A DNA stretch of 64,000 nt from Octopus vulgaris (Eukaryota), in the NCBI GenBank assembly GCA_951406725.2, contig OX597817.1:113460001-113524000 (forward strand), given 5' to 3'. This document shows positions 25,166 through 39,200 of this stretch, piece after piece. The notes beneath the pieces are model-generated. The model was not told where the DNA came from. It searched no databases and saw nothing but the letters and a program-made list of their open reading frames with translations. Position 1 is the stretch's first letter. Each line of letters begins with the position of its first letter. The position numbers and the translations under genes were made by a program.

Positions 25166-25832
25166 CTGAAAGGCAAAACTGAAGTATAAATACTTGGACA
25201 CGAAAACATACAAATAGTTATTTAGCCTCTAACCTATGATCAAAGCAAACCAGCAATGGCCACTTTGTATAATTTCCTTAGTGTACCTCATACAAGAGCA
25301 GTGTAACATATTGTATGCATACATTAACATGTTAGGTCAGTATATGTTGATAATTTTTACTATAATTTCAAACAATGAGCAGATTTCTATATAAAATCTG
25401 CTATGAACAAGTAAAACAACTGGGATGCAGACTTTACTATGTGGTCAAATATAGCTGAACAATGACATGGCCACAGGACCAATCTCACTGGGAGCCTCAA
25501 AGTCAACCTGACCAGTGCATGAGCGAGATTTGACAGAAAACTGCAGAACCAACTACAAATCAGTACATCAAGCAAAAACGCCTTGTAATATAGTAATGCC
25601 GACACAGCAATTCAATAAAATAAAATACTAGACTAAGTGCAAAAATGGAGGGGCTTTGCAATATAAGTGACACTATTACATAATTGTTTAAATGCCTTTT
25701 GAAAAATAGAATTTAAGTCCTTCCTACTTTAGTAAATGTAGTGATACATGCCACTAACTATAAATACCCAAATTCGCCTTGCAAGCGATAAGCAATTCCA
25801 AGATAAAATGGAGAAATGCATAACACACATAC

Positions 25833-25966
25833 CTCTGTTTAAAATCTTTAATGTATGTATCAATAAGGAGACTGTACATTTCAGAATGGATATTTTCAAT
25901 AGCAATTTGGAATGCGTAAAATGAACGTGCTTCAGAGACTTGGATTTCCTGATAGAACCGTTCAAC
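25833..25966 (-). CDS. RRM2: RRM2 exon 4
   Basis: tag|[44 protein letters not shown](R)|gtatg; includes the ExxH iron ligands and the radical Tyr. Confidence 0.95.
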
Positions 25967-27066
25967 CTATGAAAAGAGTTCAAAACAAAAATATTAGGGC
26001 AATTTTTTTTTTAAATGTTAAAATGAAGATGTAAATTATGTATTTTTATGACTATCACATAGCATGTATCGCTCCAGCACAGCAACTACCACAATCAAAC
26101 GTCACCAACTAACAAGCAGCCCATCTCTAACCCATGTTATCATAAACATGACCAACTTATCACTAACTTTGTAGAAAGGAAAAAACAGGCGTAACAACAT
26201 TTGGCTCTTTTCTTAACATTTTGACATTACATGAAACGCCATGAGAAATAGCTTATTTGTCTTTTATAAAAATTGCATATTTCTGTCTTAAAAAAGCAAA
26301 GCCTATACTTAGGCTACACAGAAAACCTAACACTTTATTCATGCTACATGGCACCAATTAGCATATTTTTGTTTTCATTTACTGATCAACCTTTGATATA
26401 GCCACCTTAGCTCCATTGATGACAATGTAAGCCTAAGGGTAATGTACATTAATCAGGCGAAAGGATTAAAGAACCAAATGAGCAGCATTTGAACAATTTT
26501 GTACACAACTTACCAAACAAATCAGAAATTTTATTTAACATAAACGATGGCAGGAAAAAAAAATTGGAAAGCATGCATTAATCTTGCTGCTGCTTAGATC
26601 TAAAGACCTGATTACATAGGTGTGCTGAGCAACTGACTTTTGCACAACTCATTGCAATAGAAACCCAGAATGGAAACTAATCCTTTTGATACAAATTCCA
26701 ACTAAAGACCATCCCTGATTCTAGGGTAAAAACTTCCTATTTTAAATTCATTTAAATTAAAACTTTGGTATTCTTCATCATTTTCCCCAATTAATTGAAA
26801 GAAACAGTGCATTTAAATAGAAATATGATAACAATGAGTAAAATAGCATAAATCTTGAAATTAGAAGTCTCAAATCCTTTTTGTCTTTTTTACCTCTTTT
26901 GTATATGCTTTAATATAGATTTAAAAAGTTAAGGACTAAAAATATATCATCCATTTCATTGCACCAAGAGCAATGATGATTAAACCACTTCAATATCTAA
27001 CAAATTCACAATACAAGATCATGCAATACAATCAAAAACAATGCTCTCCAGGACAGCATATCTTAC

Positions 27067-27336
27067 CAAGTTTTCATTGACAATTCCATCACTTGCAGCA
27101 AAAAAAGCCAAGACATGAGAAATGAAATGCTGTTCATCAGTTTTTAATTTCTCCCAGTGAACCAAATCCTTCGATAAATCAACCTCTTCTACAGTCCAGA
27201 AAGAAGCAACAGCTTTCTTATACATGCTCCATATGTCTTGATATTGAATAGGAAACATTACAAAACGGTTTGAGCTTTCTTGTAACAGGGGCTCTACCTC
27301 AACTTTCTTAGTCATTTTCTCATCCTTCTTGAGGAT
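27067..27336 (-). CDS. RRM2: RRM2 exon 3
   Basis: tag|[54 protein letters not shown]|gtaag. Confidence 0.96.
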
Positions 27337-28859
27337 CTAAAGTGAACAAAAAAGGATAAAAACATATTCAAAATATGAATGTCAGATAATTGAATTGTAA
27401 TTCCACACCCATGCAAGTTTCTATTCTTTGATTTAACATAACTGGAAATATCCATAAACAAGTGATTAACCCCAAATGAACAATAGATAGAAATATGAAT
27501 TTGAATTGGCTGGCATTTTACTCTTCAGTGTTATCAACCAATCTGTTTACACAGAAGAATTGCTTGAGGGGCTGGTTTTTAAGCTCAGTCTTCTCATCTA
27601 ACAATCACTATTATTACCTATAGTGCACACTCAAAGCAAGAGCGGCAACGACAATACAAACTATAGAAAAAAGCCCTGGAGCCACCCCAGTAACTCACCT
27701 GCCCCAAATATAACACTATCATCAACCCATCTTGAAAACTGTCATAGAATATATAGATATGTTAAAAGACAAAAATAAAAAATCCTAACTAATAAAAATG
27801 GGCAGCCACAAACTGCACTAGGTAGAAAGTTCAGTGAACTTAATTTCATATTAACTAAGACACCCCACTACTAATGTTCTTGTTCTAACAAACTATTAAT
27901 GATAATTCATGATTCACCAATAAAGTTTTGAAATTGTAACATTACCTGCTCTTGAGGAACAGTAATAATATTCTGAAAAGAAAAAAAGAGGAAAAATTAT
28001 ACAACAAATTAATGGTTACAAAAGTTATATTGGCACAAGGTCACAAATTAATAGATTTCTACAACTGTAATATAAAGCATCAGCTGATACAGAGCAATGG
28101 TTCTCGACCATTTTTTTTTTACCTATGGACTCCAATTTCTATGGCATTCTTTCGGCATTAGCAGCATAAATGTCAAACTATCAGCTGGACCGTTCATTAA
28201 GTTCTGTAAATTTTTTTTATTACCTCCCACTCGCCTTAGCAAAGGCAGAGGTATTGTTTTCAGACATTGCTTGTTTGTCTGTCTATGTACAAGATATCTC
28301 AAAAACCACTGGATGGGTTCAGATGTAACTTTCAGGGATGTTTGGCCTTGTGACTGGCATGAACTGATTAGATTTTGAGATCGATCTGGTACCAGACAAG
28401 GACTATTTTTCATTGAGAGGACGTTGGTGTTGCCTTGGTAGAGGTTTGCACTGAGTGCTTGTTTCCATGACATGGAAGGCAACATTTGCTTTGAAGTGAG
28501 AAGAGAAAGTGAAAAATGTATGTGTATATGAAAGAGTGGGTATACGTCTATTTGTGTGTATGCATGCACTGTGTTCAGCTCTATGTATCTGTAGTCAGTC
28601 ACACACACGTGCACCTATTATCTTTCATATACACGTACATACATAAATACATATGCAGACATCTTTTTTGAATGCGAGAGTGAAGGTGTGTTCTCGTATG
28701 CATTTTTTTTTTGCATGTATATTTAAGTGGCTATGGTTCGTTCTTACCTGCTTCATTTGTTTCACAAGAGACAGTCAGGAGTCTAAACTCTTCAGCATAA
28801 ATTTCCCAGGGCTAAATAAAACTGTCCAACACTTTATATGTACCTGTTTAATCTAGAGT

Positions 28860-29880
28860 GTAGGAATCACACACATACATACAAGTAAGCTGAGAATGGA
28901 TGTGGGCCCAAGATGGGTTCACAAGGAAAACTAAATAGAATATGCAAAGGCAATGGCTCTGGTAAAAAAAGGAAACCAAACTAGTCTGCAAGTTCTATGT
29001 AAAGGGTACCTGCTGACATTGGGACAGGCAGCAGATTTGCTCAACCCAAATCCCATATGAGCAGTACTCATTCCACTTGCCCAAAGACTGGGAAGAACAG
29101 CATCCAACAAGTCAGATCACAAGATACAATGCCACCACCACCATGAAAATATGTGGATGGTGAACAGGCTCTTTTTGGAGGTTGCACAAAAGATTGCTAG
29201 GCAGTTGACCTGGCTTCAGACATCTAGTGCAAGGAACACATACCAATATTCACAACCACCTCAAACAAAAAAGGATCCAGGATGGGCACAATGTGTGTTA
29301 CTAGCCAAAAAGGCATGCTGGTCCTGTGGAGGATATTTGTTCTCAGCCGTTTGGACTACTGCTCTCAACTGTGGTCACCCGACAGTGTCAGATTAATAGC
29401 AGAACTGGCGCAGTTAAGCAACATTACACAAAGAAGATTGCATCAATGGAATAGCTGAGCTACTGAGAGAGCTACGACTACTCCCTAGAGCAGACAGGAG
29501 AGGTATGCAGTAACATACATGTGGGAGATACTGGATGGGCTGGCACCAAACTGAAATTGAGTAATACCAGCCCCCAAATTGGACGTCACTGCACTCTTCT
29601 AAAGGAACCAGCTGTCCCACCAAAAATGAGAACCATATACTGCAATAGCTTGGAATTCAAAGGCCAACAGTTATAACACCTTGGCAAAACATCTCACAGC
29701 TCTCCATGGAGTGGGTGTAGGTGTTTTCAAGAAACAACTTGACCTCTTGCTATCCAAGATCCCACAGGAAGCAATACCAAGGCAAGAAACTCAAAGAGCA
29801 ATAGTGTCAAACTCCTTCACCAGAAGCCAATCATAGGATTGGCCATTTAAAAGGCAATTACACTGGCCACAGCTTTAGGG
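28860..29880 (+). mobile_element. Decayed CR1/L2-like LINE 3' fragment
   Basis: Degenerate 'YSLE.R.ERY....W' region at ~29470-29530 and 'FKKQLD' at ~29725; many stops. Confidence 0.45.
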
Positions 29881-31240
29881 TTGAAACACAAAATTGTGTA
29901 AGTGTATGTGTGTTTATGCATATGTTAATCCTAAAATGTCAGTTTTATTTAGCTCTGGGAAATTCAGAATGCTAAATAATAAACTTCTGACCTTTTATGA
30001 AAGAAATGAAGCAGGTAAGAACGAACCCTAGCCCCTTACACATTAATACTACAATTAGAGCTGAAAACCACGCGCTCTTTCATAAACATTTTTCTTTCTT
30101 TTTTTTGCTTATTTGTAATCTCAGACATCTTAAACATAAGAAGCCAAAAAGCATTTTTCAAGGAGAGGTGCGATTCTGCATTAGCCCCCATCATTCACTT
30201 TCTCCTTTCATCTCTCACTTCAAAAGCAAATTAATGCTGCTAAAGCCGAAAGAATGCCATTCCTATTTTACTCAGGTGGACCTTCAACAGCCATTCGATA
30301 TTTTTAAAAATCTCATTTTTAGAATTAAATGTTAATAGGAATTGTATTTAAAAAATCGAATATTTTGTGTATTGTAAAAGTGTAACCAGTTTATTGCACA
30401 CGAATTTTAACAAAAACTCTTTAACACTTTCGGGAGCATATTTTTTAACTACAATGCCGGTTTCAATTTTCAAACAAAACTGGAGCAGTTTAGAAAAATT
30501 AATGATGTTTATCCATAACTTATTGTCCCACTGAAGTTTGCAGCATTCAGAAATATTAGGTACGTAAGAAAACATTAGTCAACAGAATCAATGTACAATG
30601 TGAACTTCCGTTTCTCAAGGACAATGTAAACACTAAATTACACGTGTTTCCTTTGTGGAGAGAAGAAAAATACAGAATGAAGTGACTTTTCTTGTGCATC
30701 GAGTTCCACTAGCTCAATTAGTTTTGACCAAAAATTGTTTATAGGTGTGCATGTATGCATTTTATAAAAAAAACAAATGAAGGAAAAAGAACTTCATTGG
30801 TTATTGCCGATTTATTTAAATAAGCACTCACTACTCGACGAATATGTGCACTTTCCATCAATCTCTCAAGTCACGAATTGACTGATGCCTCAGTGTGTAT
30901 ATAGTACAGTGCTCGGTTCAATTTACAACTAAAATTCCGGTTTGACCAGCAACTGAAAATGGAGGCTGGGATGAAGCAAAACAAACATTTGGCAACACCG
31001 GAAAACATTTAATTTAGATAATACAGTCCTGTATAGCTGCTTCTAGAATAGCCACGCACGTAGATGATATTCTTTTCTACTTTAGGCACAAGGCCCGAAA
31101 TTTTAGGGGAGAGGCCAGTCGATTAGATCGACCTCGGTATACAACTGGGACTTGTAGCTAAGGACATTTGAGTAAATAATTCATAAGCTCGGTATCCTGT
31201 CGTTGGCGAGATAAGTCAGAAAAATATGAAACACTATCTG

Positions 31241-31573
31241 GGCGGAATTCTGCTTTAATCACGCCATTCATATCACCCCTCATTACTTTCATTGTTTGAT
31301 AATTTCAGAAAACTTTTGTCAATTTGTGTACTACACACGAGAATTCATACGATTATACAAAAGCGACCACCTGATACTCTCCTCGTTTGTCTCTGACGAT
31401 GGTCTACTGCTAAGATTTAAGCAAAAAATTCGGACTGTCCTTATCTATAACTGGTAAAAAAAATTTTCAGTCGTATGAATTCCCGTGTGTAGAATACAAA
31501 TTCGCAAAAATTTTCTGAAAATCCCAAAATAAAAAGTTGGGTTTGTATGGGGTACTTAAAACAGAATTCCGTC
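31241..31573. mobile_element. MITE-like foldback repeat (second copy at 34833-35153)
   Basis: Terminal gcggaattctg/cagaattccgt plus an internal inverted repeat (31304-31353 vs 31469-31520). Confidence 0.6.
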
Positions 31574-32156
31574 ACCATCTGTTTATATTCGTTTGAGTGA
31601 TGCCAAATTTTTTTTTTCCATTTCAATCCCACTATAGTACCTTGGGCAAGTGTCTTCTATAACCTCCAGTGGATCGGGTAGACGAAAAGTGAAAGAAGCA
31701 CGTCCCTCTACCATCGCTTGATAACCGATGTTGGTGTGTTTACGTCCCCGCAACTTAGTGTTTCAGAAAGAATGACCAATAGAATAAGTACTAGGCTTAC
31801 AAAGAATGTCATGGATTTGATTTCTTCGACTAAAAAACCTTCAAGGCCGCAGTCAAATGACAAGTAAAATAAAGAATATATACAAGCGCGCGTGCAGATA
31901 TAACTACTTATAATTATGGTAATAAAGGCTTCATCATTCGAAAATGACAATTTTAACGAAATTGTTATGTAATTGTATAAATACAAATATAAAAATCAGA
32001 GATAACAAGTCACCACTTGAGAAAAATTTTAGAACATTAAAAAATTTGGATATCTAGTTATGCAATCACGAAAAACGTTGAACGTATAAAAGGATGCCAT
32101 AGTTCGACATCTTAAAAGGATGTATATTCAAGAAAGTTTTTAAAATGGTTAATTAC

Positions 32157-32213
32157 CTGCTGTTGACTTTCTCCGAGTACTTTTCTTTTGGATGGTGAAC
32201 GATGCATGGGCAC
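32157..32213 (-). CDS. RRM2: RRM2 exon 2 (N-terminal regulatory tail)
   Basis: cag|VPMHRSPSKRKVLGESQQQ|gtaat; 57 nt, phase 0 at both ends; SPxK CDK-type site and RxxL motif. Confidence 0.75.
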
Positions 32214-34832
32214 CTGGAAATGAGAAGAGATATGTCATCAACTCCAAGAATAAACGACGAAAACGGTGCAAAAGATAAATGAACTTGAGAAAAAATATCC
32301 GGACAGAACCCGCCGAGTGATTTCTATAAAAGCTGAATCGACTATTTCAGCTTTGAGCTTCACATGACTGATGTCCAATAACCAACCGAGTCTAGAAATT
32401 CAAAGGTGCTTTCTAACTACAACATTTAAAATTTTCGTACTTTCGCTTTTACGTATTAGGCAAGTAAGATAAGGTTTTTGCTAAGTTCAGATTGCTAACC
32501 AAGGGCGACAAGAGGCATATGAGTTAAGTTAGGCAAGAACTTTCATAACGTATAGTTTATGAAATTTCGCATATCATATTTATGAAGGTGTAACAACTAC
32601 GATTATTTACATTTGACGGATATTTGTCCTCATCTTATGTGTTAACAAGAGGACAAATATCCAAAGTACATAATTCCTCATCTCTCAAATAATACGATTA
32701 TGCTGGCAAATTTTTTCCAATCAATTTTTCAAAAGCACTGGCGATTCTTCGATATTGTTCTAGTGTCGGTATACGAAAACGACGCCATTCACCCTCTTCA
32801 GCCTTAGCTTCTTTATCTGTCTATACCAATAACGAGGGACTGCCAAGGTACCTTTGAAAACACTCAATCTGTTAGTTATCATTACACAAGATATTCAGGA
32901 TACTGATCGCAGGATACACACACACCAAAAAAAAAAAAAATCACTCTTTAAAAAAATTTTTTTTCAACACAAACCCCACTTTCCGGCTACGGGGAATACG
33001 AATCTGCAAAAAATTTGGCAAAAATCAACATTTCTAAATTACCCCCACCCCCATTTCCTTATTTTTAACTTTTTTTCAAAATATGCGGAAAAATACGGAC
33101 ATCATGATTCGGACTGAAATTTCAAAACATTTCTGTACATACGGTTATGGTTTTAGGGTTAAAGAAAAGTCAAAATTGAAGGGGGGGGGCACAAGGCCGA
33201 TTTTGGGCAATTTTCCCCGAGCCTTTTGTATCTGAAAACGGAGGTTTTTTGGCAGAAAAAAAATTACAAAAATAAACAAATTTGGGAGAAAATGGGGGTC
33301 TACTAGCGAACACTGGTCCCGGTGCGCGCACACTAGTCGTAAGTAGTCGATCCCGGACGCGCGACTGCGCGCACCAGGACCAGTATTCGCTCGTAGTACC
33401 AACGTCTTCAAGTGTAGCCCCGAGTGGATTAGGTAGACGAAAACTGAAAGCCTGTTGTGTTTGCCTCCGCTGCTTGACAACCGGTACTGGTGTTTACGTC
33501 CCCGTAAATTAGCAGTTCGGAAAAATGTTACCAAGCTTCTAAAAAAAAAAAAAAAAAAAAAAAAAAGGTACTGGAGTCGATTCAGTCGACTAAAAAAGTT
33601 CAAGACGGTGCCCCAATCGTATTTTAAACCTTCGAAAACGCATTGTTGCAAAATTTCAGTCATGAAGGAAAACACTACGGTGGAATATATCCAATTTGAG
33701 GCCCCACTCTAGATTTTTTTTCTTCAGCTTTTTCTTAATCTTGTATTTTATTGAAATTTTCCATTTAAGTTTTTCTAAGGTGTGAATTACGATTGTGTTG
33801 AATTAAAAAATCTTTTATAAGACGGGATACACCTTTCCATTTGTATTAAAGTAAGCTGAACTCTGCTTAATGTATAAGGAAATGATCATTAGCAAGTCAT
33901 TGAATGTTTAAAAAAAAAAAAAAAAAAAAAATCAAAGCATGAGCTTTTCTTAGTTAAAACAAAAGATTAAAATTTTTTTTCTCTAGTTTCAGCTCAGAGC
34001 TGTGGCCATGCTGATGCACCGCCGTTTTGCTACACTGTTATTACTCAGAGCCTCCTCTAATATGTGGCACTTGGTGAAGAATGGAGTTTGATATAGGCTA
34101 CCTTAATATCGATACATCTTAATCTACACCTTCGAAAGTGATCTCAGTAAAATTTCACTTAAAAAATATGTATTAACAAAATCGCAGATGATACGCGGGA
34201 TTCTGCATATCCAGAATTTGGGAGATGTGGCTTTTTCTAGTAAGTAAATCGAACATTGGTACTGCTAGGTTTAAGACTGGAAAAAAACAAAATTCGGGAA
34301 ATATATAATCACTTCAGTTTTGTTCAAGATAGATAGCATTTCTGTAGTTCGTTCCGGAGTGCTCGAGTAGAAACTTGCAAAATCATATACTCAAGATACT
34401 CCAAAAATGACATTAAGTAGTATCAGATTACAATTAAATCGAATATTTTAAAAGTAGTTCTTAAATGCATGGAAATTGCAGATTCTTTACATAGGTTCTA
34501 AGAAATGAGTTCGGGCTTCAAGCATTATATAGATAATTATCAAGATAATTTTAGCTTCACAAATTCAATTGCAAATATTTAAATAAAGAACAAAACAAGG
34601 GCTTAGGAATCAGACAAATACTTCATAGAGCTGGAGAGAGAGGAAACGAATTTTCCCTCCATAAATCGTTATCTATTTAAGCCAAAATGCTTGCCTTAAT
34701 GAAAATTGATTCAGAAAATATATCGGATAAATAATTTGAGAATCGGAAAGTGTGATGTGAAGAAATTCAGATTAGCGTTATTATATAATCTTGATCGTTA
34801 GTTACTTGTTGACTTTTGGAGGGAAACCATTT

Positions 34833-35153
34833 GGCGGAATTCTGGTTTGAGTACCCCATATAACCTCAACTTTCTTATTTTGGGGAATTTTCAGAAGACT
34901 TTTGCGAATGTGTTTAACACGGGAATTCATACAATTACGACAAATTTTCTCTTTTTTAATTATTTAGACTCCCCCACCCCACTCCACCGCCGAAAAAAAT
35001 CCTAAAAGTTCCACGTTTTCGTTTCTTTTTTCTTTAAGCTTAAAACAGTCCAAATTTCTTGCTATAACACTAATTCGCAAAAATTTTCGGAAAATACCAA
35101 AACATAAATAAGTTACGAGGGTTTATATAGGATGCTTAAAACAAGAATTCCGC
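34833..35153. mobile_element. MITE-like foldback repeat, same family as 31241-31573
   Basis: ggcggaattctggtttgagtacccc ... aaacaagaattccgc, with shared internal motifs ttcagaa.acttttg and gggaattcatac. Confidence 0.55.
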
Positions 35154-35440
35154 TGAAACCATTTCCTGCAAGCCTTTGTATTCTCTGGTATGTTTTATTT
35201 TGTAACTGCAGGGCTTGCCTCGATTCCACAAGAAGCTTGAAATTATCTGCTAAATTTCAAAGGCAATTATTTAAGTTGATTACAAATTTCAGGTTTCCTC
35301 TAAAATCCTCCAACTCAACACTATTTTCCCTAAGATATAAGAAAACCCAGAACTGTGAACCTGTAAAAAAAAAGAAATAGAGAAATAATTGAAAATGCAG
35401 AATAGGAAATATACTAAATTAAAAATAAAATAATATATAC

Positions 35441-35491
35441 CTGGTTCTCGTCGTTTATGCTCATCTTGTAGAGGACAGGTTCTAAGCTCAT
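35441..35491 (-). CDS. RRM2: RRM2 exon 1 (start)
   Basis: ATG..MSLEPVLYKMSINDENQ|gtata; 51 nt, phase 0, just downstream of a CpG-enriched promoter with E2F sites; gives a 368-aa protein. Confidence 0.75.
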
Positions 35492-36197
35492 TATGATGGT
35501 AGAGAAATAATGCACGGCAATACGAAAAAAGTGTACAAATAATTAGAGAAATTGGAATGGATAATGAAATTTAAAAGTTATTTCGTGATAGATATTCGAA
35601 TTATCAAAAATAAAGAGAAAGATTAAAATGCCGAAATAAGCGAAGGGGATTGGAAAGAGAAGTGAGCTTAAGAAATGAGCTCCGATAGACAATGCGAATC
35701 GGACGACGGCTAGATGGTATATGCGATGTCAGTAACACTTAGCGATTTAATATAACCGCGTTTACTGACGATTCGGCGCCTAAATTTAAGAAGCACCCAA
35801 TCGGAGAGGAGATGCCAGCACTTAATAAACAACTCGCAAAAAAAAATAATATCCTTTATAAACAGGATGGAAAATTACCCATTAAATATTAATAATAATA
35901 ATAGTAAACACACAAAAAAAAACTTAAGATTTAGTTATATTAGCATCACAAACAAGTCGACGCCAATTCAAATTAGTTGTTCTGAACACGCCTCTGAATC
36001 GGTTGCTCTAGCAACGATGTTATGATATTAATACACAATTTCTTTCGTAACGCATAACGATTTTAACAAATATTTGGCGCAAATTGAAGTAAACATAATA
36101 TGGCATAATACTCTTATTGCTTACTATACGAGTAGTTACCGTGTAAATTACTCTTCAATTACGCTTCTAAAAGCAACTTTACAAATATAACGGAAAC
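35492..36197. promoter_or_regulatory. Bidirectional promoter RRM2/STPG1
   Basis: Divergent ATGs ~700 bp apart; local CpG enrichment; E2F-type TTCGGCGCC (35772) and TTTGGCGCAAA (36073); CCAAT (35797, 35963); X-box GTTGCTCTAGCAAC (36002-36015). Confidence 0.7.
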
Positions 36198-36258
36198 ATG
36201 CAAAAAACAATGGACAAGGTGACGAAAGATCGCAAAAATGCTCATGGCAAGGTAAAAG
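36198..36258 (+). CDS. STPG1: STPG1/MAPO2-like probable exon 1
   Basis: MQKTMDKVTKDRKNAHGKVK-G|gtaatt; the phase-1 donor matches the phase-1 acceptor at 47974; lies ~180 bp downstream of an X-box. Confidence 0.6.
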
Positions 36259-39200
36259 GTAATTGGACTAGTTATACACAAATATACGCACATATGGATG
36301 TATACATAGGTGTGTGTAGAAATGAAGTGGTGTTATTAAATGTTGCGGTCATTTTTTTTTTTTTTATGTGTATTAAAGCATTTTAACCCGACTAAAAACC
36401 TACAGAAAATTAATTCCCCGTGCAGTAGATATATGCATATACATTTAATATCATGAATGTATAAGTAGACATAAGCATATTTGTGTGCGTGTGTGTATAT
36501 TTGTAACTTCATTACGCAGAAACGACGCGTTAGGTTTATAAAATCTTTCAGAAAGACAATAAGGCCTGCCCTAATTTGACTTGAAATCGATTTCCAAATC
36601 AGCTCACTGCAGAGGCCAGTAGTTAAATTATTGATTTAATTGGCTTTTATTACACAACTGGCATTGTTTTATCAATCCCGCTAGAATTTGAATACTGTTT
36701 GGTGCCCCACTTTTACAGCTTGGCCATTACTTTATATATGGAATTGAAACTGGTTGTAGAGTGGAAGATTAACTCACGTAGAGACTGAGGAGGTCAATAG
36801 TGGTGTGCATAGGACTGTCTTAACCACATTATAGCATCACCCTCAGTCAAAGCAATGCTATGGGCTTCCTTATACACAGCATGCATAGTTTAGCACTGGG
36901 TCCCTAGACCCGAGGAGCCCCACTACCATAGGCAACTGCACCAGTGTCCCTGCCTTATGTACAGCACTGGATGTATATAAGTAAGGATATCACAGTTGTC
37001 CGAGATGGAAGGGAAGAAAGGTCAAAATAAACTTTATTCGAAAATTAATCAAAATGGTCAGTTTGAAATGTGTGAGTGCTTCTTTTTCGGATATATGATA
37101 TATTGACGTTTATGAATTTGTGTTGAAACATCATATTGTTGAATTTCGGGGTGGTAATTTTTTTTTCTTTTGCCAAATAAACACGCACTGTATATTCGTT
37201 CTTCACTCGTTTATTACTGTTCTTATTTAACTTGTCCATTGTCCGGAAATCTTTCGTCGCATAGAAAATATGATTAGTACTGCTTCAAAGCTTTACGATT
37301 GATTGTCTATCGGGAACCAAACTTTTTTCGGTGAAGGTGAAGAATACGCACACCCGGTGTTTTGGTTTAGGGTTAGTTTTGGGGTTGTTAGGGTTACACC
37401 GAAAACGGGTGGTGAGCGTATTCTTTACCTCCGCCACTTTTCAGCATACGTGTGTTTCGCAGTCAGAGACCGTAAATATATTGGCAACAATTTAAAGTTT
37501 ACAAATTGAGTTCAGTTCGTAAGGTGTGAGAAGAAAATTAGTTCTAATTTACTTTATATCCAAGTAGAACTAACTAACTACTCCTTTATTGATACTAATA
37601 TCTAAATTTAAAGGGAAGATTTCTACCTCGAATATATAGACTATCAAATATTTCACTGCTACTTTGTTTATCGGCTCAGGAGGAACTTAGCGGAATTTGA
37701 CGTCGCAACTTGAATGTCTCCATAGCATTTTGTCAGACACAATTCTGCTATCAATTATTAGTACATTTGGTATCCCCTTATTGTTATCTTTGTTATGGTG
37801 TGAGTAAAGGCCCCTGGCCCCACATTTGTATGTCATCACTGGTGTCAATAAATATCGTTATTCATTTATACCACTCTGCAGTTTTTTAACATTTAATTCC
37901 GTCAAAAATGTCTTCAAGTTACCACTAGACTTGGAACACCTTCAACAAGCTTTTAATATTGAGCCAAAGGAGAAGCCCCAGCATGATCACTCTACCTTTG
38001 GAAATAGCTGATAAAATCTCTCACGCTTTATCGTTAAAAAAAAGGCACATTGAATAAAGTCTGAGAGGCACATACACTAATGACTGTAAACTAAACAACC
38101 TTGTCATGAATGAAACGCTTTTGATCGAAATCCCGCCCGATCAGGTTACACATGAAGCTTAACAACAGTAATCTGTATTGCTGTATTTATTATAATTTCC
38201 GAGAAACAAGCGGCTCGCGTTAACGAGGTGTCAGGAGATGCCGGTGTGGGTACTTGGCTGTTCAATACTTTAGTCTCGCCATCGCCTGTAACCAATTGAG
38301 GCACTTCTTTCTTTGTTCCTTTTTCCGCTTTTTTCTTTTTCACATACATACGTGTTATGTATGTTATTATTATCTCTGCTGATAATAAAAACTGTCATAA
38401 TGATTAACAGTAACTGTTCAGCTGTTCTTAGATTGTTTTCAAACATAGGCACGCAGCCACAATTATTAAGCGTATGGAGTGTATAGACCAGTACATGAAA
38501 ATATGTCGCTGCTGGATCAAAAGCGCGGCAAACTACAGAATATCCCACTATAAAAAAAAAAGGATTGTTCACTGTTGACATGCAATTGTTTTCTCTTTTT
38601 TTTTTTTTCTCTAAAACCCTGAGGCATCTGAATAAATAATATTAGGAAAACAGATTTTATAGCAAAATATCAAATAGTTCAATGCGCGGGCTTATTTAAA
38701 ATAATTGTTCGTTTCAGTTTGAAAATATAGGAGAGGTATTTCTATTTTGATTTTCATACAATAAAATATATTTTGCAACTTACGGCTGAACAATATTTGC
38801 TACAGGTGTCTTTTTGAAAAAGGTTAAAATTCTTTGCAAATAACTTCAGTTTTCTCTATATTAACGTGTATGTGTAGATAATTAGATTACTGACATCTTG
38901 ATTAAAACTTTACAATAGTACTTGTAGTAATAACACCTACTCAGTTGCGATCTTTGGATACTTTTATGACACATTCCTTGCAATGATGTGCTAGTGCCAT
39001 CCAAATATTTTTGTATTTTGCTGATACCAAATTACAATTACGAACGAGAGATTCAGCTGTCTCAAATAATGTTATAGTATCAATATATGTCATCTCACTT
39101 TTTATTGAAATCTTCAAATGCCACCTGATTCTCCAGTTACTGACAAACAGGCCGATTTATTTGTTACGCTAAACTTTCTACACCTGTAGTGTCTACTCTT

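Noticed and set aside
37365-37397. Interstitial telomere or chromosome-fusion scar
   Set aside because: Only two or three imperfect TTAGGG units, enclosed in an inverted repeat.
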